Source of the DNA: Chloroflexota bacterium
GTDB lineage: Bacteria > Chloroflexota > UBA6077 > FW602-bin22 > JAMCVK01
DNA: 64,000 bases
Reading direction: 5' to 3'
Assembly: GCA_023475225.1 (NCBI GenBank)
Contig: JAMCVK010000036.1
Coordinates: forward strand, 26,164 to 90,163
In this document: one piece after another, positions 1-8,019 of the stretch
Position numbering within the stretch: position 1 is the stretch's first letter
How the letters are laid out: every line of letters begins with the position of its first letter
Notes under the pieces: generated by a model
What the model saw: only the letters and a program-made list of their open reading frames with translations
What the model was told of the DNA's origin: nothing
The model's database searches: none
Program-made: the position numbers and the translations under genes

Positions 1-3
1 GAG

Positions 4-765
4 ATGCGTTTGAAGGATAAAGTGGCCATAATCACTGGGGCTGGTTCCGGTATTGGCCGGGCTACGGCTCTGCTCTTTGCTCGGGAAGGGGCGAAGGTGG
101 TAGTGGCCGATCTCGCCCAGGTGATGGGCGAGGAGACGGTCAGGGCTATCCGAGGGGAGGGTGGTGAAGCCATCTTCGTCCAGGTGGACGTATCCAGGGC
201 AGCTGATGCGGAGCGGATGGTCGGGGCAGCCATCGCGTCCTATGGCCGATTGGATATTCTTTTCAATAATGCCGGAATCAATCTGCTCGGCCGCGTGACG
301 GAGACAACAGAAGAGGATTGGGATAAGGTTATAGCTGTGAACCTTAAGGGCGTTTTCCTTTGTTCTAAATATGCCCTTCTGGAGATGATCAAGCAGGGGA
401 GTGGGGTGATCATTAATGCCTCCTCTGCGGCTGGCATCGTTGGGCTACGCAACCTGGCCGCCTATACGGCCTCCAAGGGCGGTGTTCTCCAGCTTACCAA
501 GAACATGGCGCTGGACTATGCTCCGTACAATATAAGGATTAATGCCCTCTGCCCAGGCGTGATTGAGACGCCGATGACTGAGCAGGTCATCGAGAGCCAG
601 GCGGATCCAGCGGAGGCACGTCGTTTTTATGAAAGAAATCGTCCTCTAGGGCGGATGGGACGGCCCGAGGAGGTGGCCTACGCTGCCCTCTATCTGGCCT
701 CCGCTGAAGCAAGTTACGTTACTGGAGCTGCCCTACCGGTCGACGGCGGCTATACGGCCCAATAG
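4..765 (+). CDS. SDR-family NAD(P)-dependent oxidoreductase
   Basis: 253-aa ORF. Has the TGAGSGIG dinucleotide-binding motif, NNAG, catalytic YTASK (Y-x3-K), and a C-terminal PVDGGYTAQ typical of classical short-chain dehydrogenases. Confidence 0.9.
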   Translation: MRLKDKVAIITGAGSGIGRATALLFAREGAKVVVADLAQVMGEETVRAIRGEGGEAIFVQVDVSRAADAERMVGAAIASYGRLDILFNNAGINLLGRVTETTEEDWDKVIAVNLKGVFLCSKYALLEMIKQGSGVIINASSAAGIVGLRNLAAYTASKGGVLQLTKNMALDYAPYNIRINALCPGVIETPMTEQVIESQADPAEARRFYERNRPLGRMGRPEEVAYAALYLASAEASYVTGAALPVDGGYTAQ

Positions 766-835
766 GCGAGCACTGTTTCTCCCACTGGTGTGCTGAGGAG
801 GTCTGCCTGCGCCTGCGGCAAGCGGGGGTTTGGAG

Positions 836-1125
836 TATTCCCAATTTTACTCCCCCCTTATCCCAGCAGGAGAAGGGGGGTGGGGGATGAGGGCGTCTCC
901 CCCCAAGCGGGGGGCAAGCCCCCGCGCTACATCCTCTAACCCCCCTTCTCCCGCGGAGCGGGAGAAGGGGGGTGGGGGGATGAGGGCATCTTCCCATAAA
1001 AGAGAAGGGGGAGGTCAAGGAGGGCGCAGCCTCCTTGGAGGGTTCTAGGGCTCCGCCCTAGCCTCTAACCCCCCTTCTCCCGCTCCGCGGGAGAAGGGGG
1101 TAGGGGGGATGAGGGCACTAGTAAA
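836..1125. repeat. Cluster of GC-rich palindromic intergenic repeat units (family R2): CCCCTTCTCCCGC-GGAG-CGGGAGAAGGGG hairpin followed by GGGGATGAGGGC
   Basis: Three units read directly at about 850-894, 934-985 and 1063-1116. An inverted copy lies at 17041-17100. ORFs 719..1018(-) and 830..1048(+) are only translations of the repeat. Confidence 0.8.
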
Positions 1126-1142
1126 TCTAAACGAGGCAAAAA

Positions 1143-2219
1143 ATGCGCGAATATCGTATAGCTGTAATCCCAGGCGATGGTATCGGGAAAGAAGTCGTTC
1201 CCGCCGCCGTCAAGGTTTTGGAGCTAGCCAGTCAGATTGATAATGGGTTCCGTCTGCATTTTGACTACTTCCCCTGGGGCTGCGAATACTATTCGACCGA
1301 GGGTGAGATGATGCCCAAGGATGGGCTGCGGATCCTGGAGGGGTACGAGGCCATCTATTTGGGAGCCATCGGTTTCCCCTCCGTTCCCGATCATATCTCG
1401 CTCTGGGGGTTGCTCTTGCCCATCCGCAAAAGCTTCAATCAATATGTGAACCTGCGACCGATCAAGCTCCTGCCGGGCGTTCGGGGTCCCTTGCGCGATA
1501 AAGGGCCCGAGGACATTGATTTCATCTGCGTCCGCGAGAACACGGAGGGCGAGTACGCCGGGGTTGGAGGCCGCGTACATGTCGGCACACCCTACGAGGT
1601 GGCCATTCAAACGAACGTCTTCACTCGCCATGCTGTGGAGAGGGTGATACGCTACGCCTTTGAATTGGCCAAGGGACGCCCTAAAAAGAGAGTTACCAGC
1701 GTGACCAAGTCCAACGCCTGTCAATACAGCATGGTCTTCTGGGATGAGGTTTTCCAGGAGGTGTCCCAGGAATATGGGGAGATAACCACAGAGAAGTGGC
1801 ATATCGATGCCATGGCCGCCCGCTTTGTTACCAAGCCGGAGAGCCTTGACGTCGTTGTCGCCTCCAATCTCTTTGCTGATATACTGACCGATCTGGGGGG
1901 AGCGCTCCAGGGCAGCCTGGGGCTGGCGGCCAGCGCCAATCTGAACCCGGAGCGGCGCTACCCCTCGATGTTTGAGCCGGTGCATGGGTCAGCACCTGAC
2001 ATCGCCGGTAAGGGGATCGCCAATCCGATCGCCACTATCTGGTCGGGGGCGATGATGTTGGAGTTCCTCGGTGAGAAGGCGATGAGCGAGGTGGTGATGA
2101 GAGCCCTGATGGCCGTGACGGGGAAAGGCAAATGTCTGACCCCGGACCTGGGCGGCTCGGCCAGCACTGCTGAGGTTGCCAGCGAAGTACAACACCAAAT
2201 ACAGCGTCTGGCTTCTTGA
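1143..2219 (+). CDS. dmlA: Tartrate dehydrogenase/decarboxylase or D-malate dehydrogenase (isocitrate/isopropylmalate dehydrogenase family)
   Basis: 358 aa, colinear with E. coli DmlA/TtuC as I recall it. Shared blocks: IAVIPGDGIGKEV, VPDHISLWG, QYVNLRP, VRENTEGEY, NLFADILTD, FEPVHGSAPDIAGKGIANP. Confidence 0.85.
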   Translation: MREYRIAVIPGDGIGKEVVPAAVKVLELASQIDNGFRLHFDYFPWGCEYYSTEGEMMPKDGLRILEGYEAIYLGAIGFPSVPDHISLWGLLLPIRKSFNQYVNLRPIKLLPGVRGPLRDKGPEDIDFICVRENTEGEYAGVGGRVHVGTPYEVAIQTNVFTRHAVERVIRYAFELAKGRPKKRVTSVTKSNACQYSMVFWDEVFQEVSQEYGEITTEKWHIDAMAARFVTKPESLDVVVASNLFADILTDLGGALQGSLGLAASANLNPERRYPSMFEPVHGSAPDIAGKGIANPIATIWSGAMMLEFLGEKAMSEVVMRALMAVTGKGKCLTPDLGGSASTAEVASEVQHQIQRLAS

Positions 2220-2225
2220 TCCGCA

Positions 2226-2349
2226 GCTGTCACACAAGGGGGTTCCGGAGGCACAGCTTGGTAAGGGTCTTTCAGATGTGCCCAGTGTGCAAAAAGCCCG
2301 CAGGGCTACCTTCAGTCCCTGCGGGGGTTTAGGGGAGATATCCAACACC
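2226..2349 (-). repeat. Dispersed intergenic repeat family R1, full-length copy in inverted orientation
   Basis: The reverse complement aligns by eye with the copies at 20511, 26598, 43817 and 59634. Shared parts: ATATCTCCCC-AAACCCCC hairpin, GTAGCCCTGCGGGCTTTTTG hairpin with T-run, GGGCACATC, and a GGAACCCCC end. Confidence 0.75.
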
Positions 2350-2390
2350 CTGTTTCACCCTTCCCGGAGAGCATAGCACGAGTGAGACGG

Positions 2391-2795
2391 TTAGTTGCTG
2401 CGCTTGCCTGATTGGTAGAGCTTGAGGTTGGGGATGCGGGAGAAGTGCTGATCGCGGCTAACGATTGTGAGATTGTGGGCAAGGGCCGTAGCGGCAATCC
2501 AGAGGTCATTATCAGGAATGAGCAGCCCTTGGGCGCGAAGATCGGTGCGTGTCTGGCCGTACTAGCGGGCGACGGTAAGGTCTGGGGCGATAAGGTCGAC
2601 GGCCTGGGTGAAGTCATCGAGTTGGGTGATGCGTCGAGGGGAATCGGGCTTGGTTAGCAAGCCTTCGTAAATTTCACCCCAGGTGATAACACTTAGGGCA
2701 ATACCCTTATCGGCCAACTCACTAATAAGATGGACGGCGTTGGCTCTTCCATTGAGAAAGCTAATTGCCCAGTCGGCGTCCAGGAGATACTTCAT
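2391..2795 (-). pseudogene. vapC: PIN-domain toxin VapC interrupted by an in-frame TAG (plus-strand cta at 2562-2564)
   Basis: ORF 2562..2795 (MKYLLDADWAISFL...) ends at TAG. The same frame continues YGQTRTDLRAQGLLIPDNDLWIAATALAHNLTIVSRDQHF...* to a TAA at 2391-2393. Together this is a normal ~134-aa PIN protein, with a 4-nt ATGA overlap to the upstream antitoxin. Confidence 0.8.
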
Positions 2796-3097
2796 AGTTT
2801 GATGGGAGCGCTGGGTGGAGCCTCATGGCGAGCCTTATACAGATCGTCGATCATCCGATCCGCGTCCAGGTCACTCCAGACACCCGCAAGGTCTAGCAAC
2901 TTGTTCTTGTGGCGTTTGCTTTTTGGTATTGGCGCTGCCTCGGTATAATCTTCGGGATTAATCACAACAGCAAGAGGTTCCCCCTCTCGTTCGATAAGCC
3001 TAGGGGTCTTATCAGTGTGGACATCCTCAAGGATACGTACGAGGTTCGTGTTTGGTCCAAGCCGTACCCGCTTTAGTTCTCTGGCCATAATATTCAC
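2792..3097 (-). CDS. Type II antitoxin partner of VapC, paralog of 31264..31557
   Basis: 101 aa. Overlaps the vapC start by 4 nt. The N-terminus MARELKRVRLGPNTNLVRILEDV... is paralogous to MARELKTIDISNIPELLRIVEEV at 31557. Confidence 0.7.
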   Translation of the reverse strand: MNIMARELKRVRLGPNTNLVRILEDVHTDKTPRLIEREGEPLAVVINPEDYTEAAPIPKSKRHKNKLLDLAGVWSDLDADRMIDDLYKARHEAPPSAPIKL

Positions 3098-3398
3098 CCC
3101 CTCTACGGGACAATGGAAGTATACCAGAGGGGAGAAAACTAGTCAAGCAGACAGGTAGCATTAGCGCTAAGCTTGCAGGTATCGTCCGCGTGGAACTAAA
3201 GGAAGATCGCTGAATATAGCTATTATGGCGACTAAGATACAAACAATCACTTATATGACCAATGTATTCTTATGTTAACCTGCTTCCTATTTCTGAGGGT
3301 TGAGGTGGATGAGCAAAGGATTGACCTTTGTAATATTGACGTGCTACTGTTGTGAGAGCGAAAGGCTCAAATGTTCGGGGACATAGGGGGCATAGCTT

Positions 3399-3500
3399 AT
3401 GCCTGTGCTTGATACTTATCTGAATGTAGCTGAGGCGGCTGCCATTCTGGGCGTCCACTGGGTGGCAGGAGTTAGGGGGAGATATTCAATGCTCTCGTAG
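3399..3500 (+). pseudogene. Truncated excisionase/MerR-type HTH gene, paralog of 4998..5231
   Basis: Begins MPVLDTYLNVAEAAAILGV, compared with MPLLDSYYKVPEAAIYLRV at 4998. It leaves the homology after ~20 codons and runs into an R1 repeat fragment. Confidence 0.45.
3466..3492 (-). repeat. R1 repeat fragment, 5' module only
   Basis: The reverse complement TTGAATATCTCCCCCTAAC matches the 5' end of R1 copies. The rest of the element is missing. Confidence 0.4.
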
Positions 3501-3548
3501 CTGTCATTTGGCGGTATCACTATACTGGCTCGGCAAAGGAGGTATCAG

Positions 3549-4073
3549 ATGACACCACGAAAATCATCTAAGACAGAGCCCCAAATATTGGAGATTCCAT
3601 CGCAAAGGATGGCCGTGGTCCGTGCTAAGGGCGCCCCGGACAAGGTCTTCTCTGAGGTCCTGCCGGCGCTCTACAGTTCAGTTTATACACTAAAGTTTGA
3701 CCTCAAGAAGAAGGGAACGCCCACTTTCAAGGTCAGCCCTCCCCGCGCCCGCTATCCTGATGCTCACCTAGTGCCCAAAGAGGAGTGGACTCATATCATA
3801 GGCTTACCCATTCCTGAAGATACAACTTCTTTACCCCAGAAGGTGCCTAATGTTGAGGTCAAGATTGAGACTTGGGAATATGGCACCGTAGCCCAGATAC
3901 TTCACCTGGGACCTTATGACCAGGAGTATCCCACTGTTGAGCGCTTACATAAGTTCATTGAAGAGAACAGTTACGAGATAGCTGGTATGCACGAAGAGGA
4001 ATACCTCACTCGCCCCGAAGCCAAAGTCTCCAAGACTATTATCAGGTATCCGGTGAGGAAAATAAGGCGTTAG
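3549..4073 (+). CDS. GyrI-like / AraC effector-binding-domain small-molecule-binding protein
   Basis: 174 aa. The size and pattern (RMAVVRAKG...; WEYGTVAQILHLGPYDQEYPTVERLHKFIEENSYEI...HEEEYL) fit the GyrI-like fold. Assigned from memory of the family, with no HMM run. Confidence 0.55.
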   Translation: MTPRKSSKTEPQILEIPSQRMAVVRAKGAPDKVFSEVLPALYSSVYTLKFDLKKKGTPTFKVSPPRARYPDAHLVPKEEWTHIIGLPIPEDTTSLPQKVPNVEVKIETWEYGTVAQILHLGPYDQEYPTVERLHKFIEENSYEIAGMHEEEYLTRPEAKVSKTIIRYPVRKIRR

Positions 4074-4170
4074 AATAGGAAACTCTTGGGGTACCCTGAG
4101 TGAAGGGGACTGGGGTGAAGCTTTTTAAGCCCATTAAGGTTGGTTCCCTGGAGCTCAAGAAGAGACCAGC

Positions 4171-4208
4171 GAACAACGGGGGTTCCAAAACGGGGCAGGG
4201 CCTTTGGC
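4171..4208 (-). repeat. R1 repeat fragment, 3' module only
   Basis: GAACAACGGGGGTTCCAAAACGGGGCAGGGCCTTTGGC matches the reverse complement of the 3' end of the R1 copy at 43990-44035. Confidence 0.5.
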
Positions 4209-4271
4209 AATCAAGTAATTATATGGTAAAATTATATTACACAAGTTGTACAATAATTAGGAAGTACGAAC

Positions 4272-4535
4272 ATGAAAGAGCTTGTCAGTAGTGTTAGTCC
4301 CAAAGGTCAAATCACTATCCCGGTGGAGATAAGAAAGCTCCTCGGAGTAAAACCGAAGGATAAGGTGGTCTTTAAAGTAGAAGAAGGGGAGGGGGTGAAA
4401 ATTGCTCCCTTGGGATCCCGTCTTGAAACCAGCTTTAAAGCCGTACCGCCCCTTAAACAACCCCTCACCCTGAGGGAGATGTCTGACATTGCCGGAGGGG
4501 AACAGGCCCAAGAGGCGGCCAGAGAAGGCTTATAA
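4272..4535 (+). CDS. vapB: AbrB/SpoVT-family antitoxin (VapB)
   Basis: 87 aa. Contains SPKGQITIPVEIRKLLGVKPKDKVVF, the swapped-hairpin AbrB motif. It sits directly upstream of a PIN gene. Confidence 0.85.
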   Translation: MKELVSSVSPKGQITIPVEIRKLLGVKPKDKVVFKVEEGEGVKIAPLGSRLETSFKAVPPLKQPLTLREMSDIAGGEQAQEAAREGL

Positions 4536-4539
4536 AACT

Positions 4540-4953
4540 ATGGCGGTGGAGTTTCTCGACACCAACCTTATCATCCGCTACCTCACTCAAGATAACCCTG
4601 AACAGGCAGAGAGGGCCTATCGCATTCTCCAACAATTAGAGGCTGGAACACTGACTGTAACTACTTCCGAGGCCATCATCATCGAGGCAGTCCAGATTCT
4701 TTCCTCTAAGGCTCTGTATAACCTTCCCAGACAAGATATTAGAACCCACCTAACTACCATCATCGCCCTTAGAGGCTTGAAGTTACCCAATAAGAGAGTC
4801 TATCTTCGAGCCTTAGACCTTTATGTTTCCACCAATCTCGACTTTATTGATGCCCTCAACGTAGCTCATATGGAACGAGCCAAGATCGATACCATTTTGA
4901 GTTTTGACCGAGACTTTGACCACATAAAGGGTATCATCCGGCGGGAGCCGTAA
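4540..4953 (+). CDS. vapC: PIN-domain toxin VapC
   Basis: Best start is the ATG at 4540 (MAVEFLDTNLIIRYL), 5 nt after the vapB stop. A C-terminal SFDRDF motif is present. Paralog of 25343..25774. Confidence 0.85.
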   Translation: MAVEFLDTNLIIRYLTQDNPEQAERAYRILQQLEAGTLTVTTSEAIIIEAVQILSSKALYNLPRQDIRTHLTTIIALRGLKLPNKRVYLRALDLYVSTNLDFIDALNVAHMERAKIDTILSFDRDFDHIKGIIRREP

Positions 4954-4997
4954 TCAAGATAGCGCTAACAAAACAGGCTTAAAGCGAGGTGTGAGTT

Positions 4998-5231
4998 ATG
5001 CCCCTTCTTGACAGTTACTACAAGGTTCCAGAGGCAGCCATCTATCTGAGAGTCCGCCCGGAGACAGTAAAACGCCTTTGCCAGCGGGGGCGCATCCCCG
5101 CCGAGAAGGTTCACAATACCTGGCTCATTCAGAAAGAGAAGCTGGAGGAGTTCGCCGCGACCTACCGCAATCCGAGGCGTCTCAACGCTGGGGCATCCGC
5201 AGCCTCCTTGAAGCAGGATAGGGGGAGGTGA
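4998..5231 (+). CDS. Excisionase-family helix-turn-helix DNA-binding protein
   Basis: 77 aa. Contains AAIYLRVRPETVKRLCQRGRIPAEKV, a typical HTH_17/excisionase motif. It ends 7 nt before the methyltransferase start. Confidence 0.7.
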   Translation: MPLLDSYYKVPEAAIYLRVRPETVKRLCQRGRIPAEKVHNTWLIQKEKLEEFAATYRNPRRLNAGASAASLKQDRGR

Positions 5232-5237
5232 ACTGTT

Positions 5238-7262
5238 ATGGCCAGAAAACGACCTCCGAGTGGCGACCCCGACCGGGTCCGTGACTACCGATACGAGGAG
5301 GCTAAACGCAAGAACAATCCTGAAGTTGGGCTGGGCAAATATGAGCATGCGCTGCGAGAGCAGCGCAGGTATGAGTATGATCCCCACCTCAGCCCCACCC
5401 TGGTCTGGGCGGGCAAGGCCGAGCGCCAGTCCTTTGAGGTGCCCACCGTCTCCCTTCATATCCACGAGCGCATCTCCACCCGCGCTATCATCCACGCCGC
5501 CGAACGTCCGGAGAAGCAGCTCTCCCTTTTCGCCGACCCCCAGCTCCCTATGGACAAGCGGGTGGAGTTCTACCAGCATGAGATGAACTGGGCCAACCGC
5601 CTCATCCTGGGCGATTCCCTGCTGGTGGCGAACTCCCTGCTCCAGCGGGAGGGCATGGTGGGCAAGGCGCAGATGATCTATGTGGACCCGCCCTACGGCA
5701 TCTCCTACAGCTCCAACTTCCAGCCCACGGTGCACCAGCGGGATGTAAAGGACGGACAGGACGCCAGCCTGACCCGGGAGGTGATGCAGATAAAAGCCTT
5801 CCGGGATACCTGGACTCTGGGCATCCACTCCTACCTTACCTATCTGCGGGACCGCCTGCTGCTCTGCCGTGACTTGCTGGCCGAAAGCGGCTCCATCTTC
5901 GTCCAGATCGGCGACGAGAACCTGCATCTGGTGCGGGCACTGATGGATGAGGTGTTTCAAAAGGAGAACTTCGTTGGCGTTATCGTTTTTCGTAAATCAG
6001 GAAGTCAAACTGCCGAATATATTCCAGGCATATGCGACTATCTTATTTGGTATGCGAAAAGGAAAGATGAACTAAAATATCGGCAATTATTTGTTCCCAA
6101 GGATTTGGCCACTTCAGATGAGTTTCAAGAGGTCGAGTTGCCAGACGGAACACGACGAAGGTTAACACATGGAGAGAGGATGGGCTATGCACCCCTTCCT
6201 CAAGGTGCCAGAGTATTCAAATCTACTGATCTTCAGTCCCGGACAGGCTCTGAAGCCAGCCGACAGCCGTTTCAGTTTGCAGGTAAAGTTTGGCATCCAA
6301 GGGAGGGGGGCTGGAGAACAAACCCTTCAGGCCTGCAGAGATTAGCGGAAGCTGGTAGGCTTTTGCCGGAACGCACGGCGCTACGCTACATCCAATATCT
6401 TGAGGACTCTCCCGGTTCCTATTTGACCAACTTATGGTCCGACATGATGGGACAGCCAGAAAGGCAGTTCGCTGTTCAAACGAACACAAAGGTTGTCCAG
6501 CGCTGTATCCTCATGACCACCGACCCCGGCGACCTGGTGTTTGACCCCACCTGCGGCTCGGGAACCACGGCTTATGTGGCGGAGCAGTGGGGCAGGCGCT
6601 GGATCACCTGCGATACCTCAAGGGTGGCCCTGACCCTGGCCCGCCAGCGACTGCTCACCGCCACCTTCCCCTACTATGAGCTGGCCCACCCGGAGGAAGG
6701 TGTCTCCTCCGGTTTCAGGTATAAGATGGTGCCCCACATCACCTTGAAGTCCATCGCCCAGAACGAGCCGCCTCAGCAGGAGACCCTCTATGACCAGCCC
6801 TATGTGGACCGGAGCAAGGTGCGGGTGTCTGGGCCCTTCACTGTCGAGGCCATCCCAGCCCCAACCGTGGATACCCCCGAAGAGGCCGCTGTGCCCCCTA
6901 AAGAGGAACCAGTAGCCGTAGGCCCAACGGCTGACCCCGCTGGGAGCTACATCTCCAACATGATGGAGCTGCTGCGCCGGGACGGGCTTACCTTCCCCCA
7001 GGGCAAGAAGCTAACTCTTCAGAATGTGCGACCCTTAACCTCCAAGGTGCTCCACGCCGAGGCTGAAGCCCAGGAGAATGGGAAGTCGGTTCGGGTAGCC
7101 GTGTTCTTCGGCCCGCCTTTTGGGCCCGTGGATGCCAACCAGGTGCGCCAGGCGATAGAGGCTGCCGAATGGCATGATCGGCTAATCGTGGCCGGCTACA
7201 GCTTTGACTCCGAGGTGCAGGCCTTCCTCCAGAAGAGTCCTCACCCCCGCCTCAAGACCTAG
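5238..7262 (+). CDS. mod: Site-specific DNA methyltransferase, N6-adenine/N4-cytosine beta-class, type III Mod-like; ORF ends at an in-frame TAG
   Basis: 674 aa. Motif IV (VDPPYGISY) precedes motif I (VFDPTCGSGTTAYVAEQWGRRWITCD), which is the beta-class order. The same reading frame continues after the TAG at 7260-7262. Confidence 0.9.
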   Translation: MARKRPPSGDPDRVRDYRYEEAKRKNNPEVGLGKYEHALREQRRYEYDPHLSPTLVWAGKAERQSFEVPTVSLHIHERISTRAIIHAAERPEKQLSLFADPQLPMDKRVEFYQHEMNWANRLILGDSLLVANSLLQREGMVGKAQMIYVDPPYGISYSSNFQPTVHQRDVKDGQDASLTREVMQIKAFRDTWTLGIHSYLTYLRDRLLLCRDLLAESGSIFVQIGDENLHLVRALMDEVFQKENFVGVIVFRKSGSQTAEYIPGICDYLIWYAKRKDELKYRQLFVPKDLATSDEFQEVELPDGTRRRLTHGERMGYAPLPQGARVFKSTDLQSRTGSEASRQPFQFAGKVWHPREGGWRTNPSGLQRLAEAGRLLPERTALRYIQYLEDSPGSYLTNLWSDMMGQPERQFAVQTNTKVVQRCILMTTDPGDLVFDPTCGSGTTAYVAEQWGRRWITCDTSRVALTLARQRLLTATFPYYELAHPEEGVSSGFRYKMVPHITLKSIAQNEPPQQETLYDQPYVDRSKVRVSGPFTVEAIPAPTVDTPEEAAVPPKEEPVAVGPTADPAGSYISNMMELLRRDGLTFPQGKKLTLQNVRPLTSKVLHAEAEAQENGKSVRVAVFFGPPFGPVDANQVRQAIEAAEWHDRLIVAGYSFDSEVQAFLQKSPHPRLKT

Positions 7263-7352
7263 ATAGCCTACATCCGCCCCGACACCCAGACCGGAGACCT
7301 GCTCAAGACCACCGCCTCCAGCCAGATATTCACCGTCTTTGGCCAGCCCGAT

Positions 7353-7712
7353 GTGCGCATAGAGGCTCAGAAGGACGGAACCTACACGGTGGAGCTGCGG
7401 GGGGTGGATATTTACAACCCCTTCACTGGCAATGTGGAATCTACGGATGGGCGGGATGTGGCTGCCTGGTTCCTGGACCAGGACTACGACGGCGCCACCT
7501 TCTATGTATGCCAAGCCTTCTTCCCCGGAGGCGATAGCAATCCCTGGGAGCGCCTGGAGCGCTCGCTGCGGGGCATCGTTGACCCGGATAAGCTGGAGGC
7601 ACTGCGCGGCACCGTATCGCTTCCCTTCAAGCCTGGGCCTAACCATCGCATCGCAGTGAAGGTGGTAGACATCTTCGGGAACGAGATCGTGAGCGTAAAG
7701 CGGCTGGAATAG
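7353..7712 (+). CDS. C-terminal continuation of the Mod methyltransferase, same frame as 5238..7262
   Basis: Both 5238 and 7353 are in frame 0 (mod 3). Codons 7263-7352 are open (IAYIRPDTQTGDLLKTTASSQIFTVFGQPD...). The ending ...HRIAVKVVDIFGNEIVSVKRLE resembles the C-terminus of long methyltransferases of this family as I recall them. Confidence 0.65.
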   Translation: MRIEAQKDGTYTVELRGVDIYNPFTGNVESTDGRDVAAWFLDQDYDGATFYVCQAFFPGGDSNPWERLERSLRGIVDPDKLEALRGTVSLPFKPGPNHRIAVKVVDIFGNEIVSVKRLE

Positions 7713-7729
7713 TCCATCAGAAGGCAACT

Positions 7730-7949
7730 ATGGAAAGACATCACTATACAGTTATATTGGAGCGGGAGGAGGACGGGGGCTATCATGCCTTCTGCCCCTA
7801 AAGGATGTCATACTCAGGGCGATGCCCTGGAGGAAGCCCTGTCCAATGTCCACGAGGCGATAGGGGCATACCTGGAGAGCCTTCAGAAGCATGGCGAGGC
7901 TGTGCCAGTGGAGGACATCCTGATCAAGCCGGTTGAGGTCGCCCTTTGA
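7730..7949 (+). pseudogene. hicB: HicB-family antitoxin with a 1-nt frameshift in a C4 run (7795-7798)
   Basis: MERHHYTVILEREEDGGYHAFCP stops at 7799. The +1 frame then reads KGCHTQGDALEEALSNVHEAIGAYLESLQKHGEAVPVEDILIKPVEVAL*. Total length is 220 nt, which is 3n+1. Confidence 0.7.
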
Positions 7950-8017
7950 GTCCAAAGCTCCCCGTGGTCAAGGCCAGGGAGGTGGTTCTGGTGCTGCCTG
8001 TGCGTGAAAGGAGGTGA
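7946..8017 (+). pseudogene. hicA: HicA toxin N-terminal remnant (23 codons)
   Basis: A TTG start overlaps the hicB stop by 4 nt. It encodes (M)SPKLPVVKAREVVLVL.., a HicA-like start, then leaves the homology and stops where the next gene's RBS begins. Confidence 0.45.
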
Positions 8018-8019
8018 CC

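Noticed and set aside
719-1125. Regularly spaced ~50-bp palindromic repeats that could be mistaken for a small CRISPR array, plus ORFs 719..1018(-) and 830..1048(+)
   Set aside because: There are only three units with irregular spacing. The 'spacers' are themselves built from repeat modules seen elsewhere (17100-17230, 43900-43950). No cas genes are present, and the same unit occurs singly and inverted at 17041. The ORFs are low-complexity translations of the repeat (GEGGWGMRAS...).
3270-3458. ORF 3270..3458(-), 62 aa
   Set aside because: It overlaps in antisense the truncated HTH remnant at 3399-3500, and has no RBS or motif. It is likely spurious.
4965-5960. Long antisense ORFs: 4965..5960(-), 1224..1985(-), 7182..7727(-), 8574..9437(-), 39000..39764(+), 45654..46127(+), 55127..55465(+), 51079..51465(+) and similar
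   Set aside because: Each lies fully opposite a well-supported gene with clear family motifs. They have Arg/Gly/Pro/Ala-rich low-complexity composition typical of shadow frames in GC-rich DNA, and they lack RBSs.
2562-7262. Possibility that TAG is reassigned to a sense codon in this organism, since there are two in-frame TAGs
   Set aside because: TAG ends several genes at positions that look like natural C-termini. Examples are the SDR (...VDGGYTAQ-TAG), the GyrI-like protein, Res, GIY-YIG, the distal end of Mod, and gene 4 of both cassettes. No other long gene in the window is TAG-interrupted. Local pseudogenisation or a sequencing error is more parsimonious.
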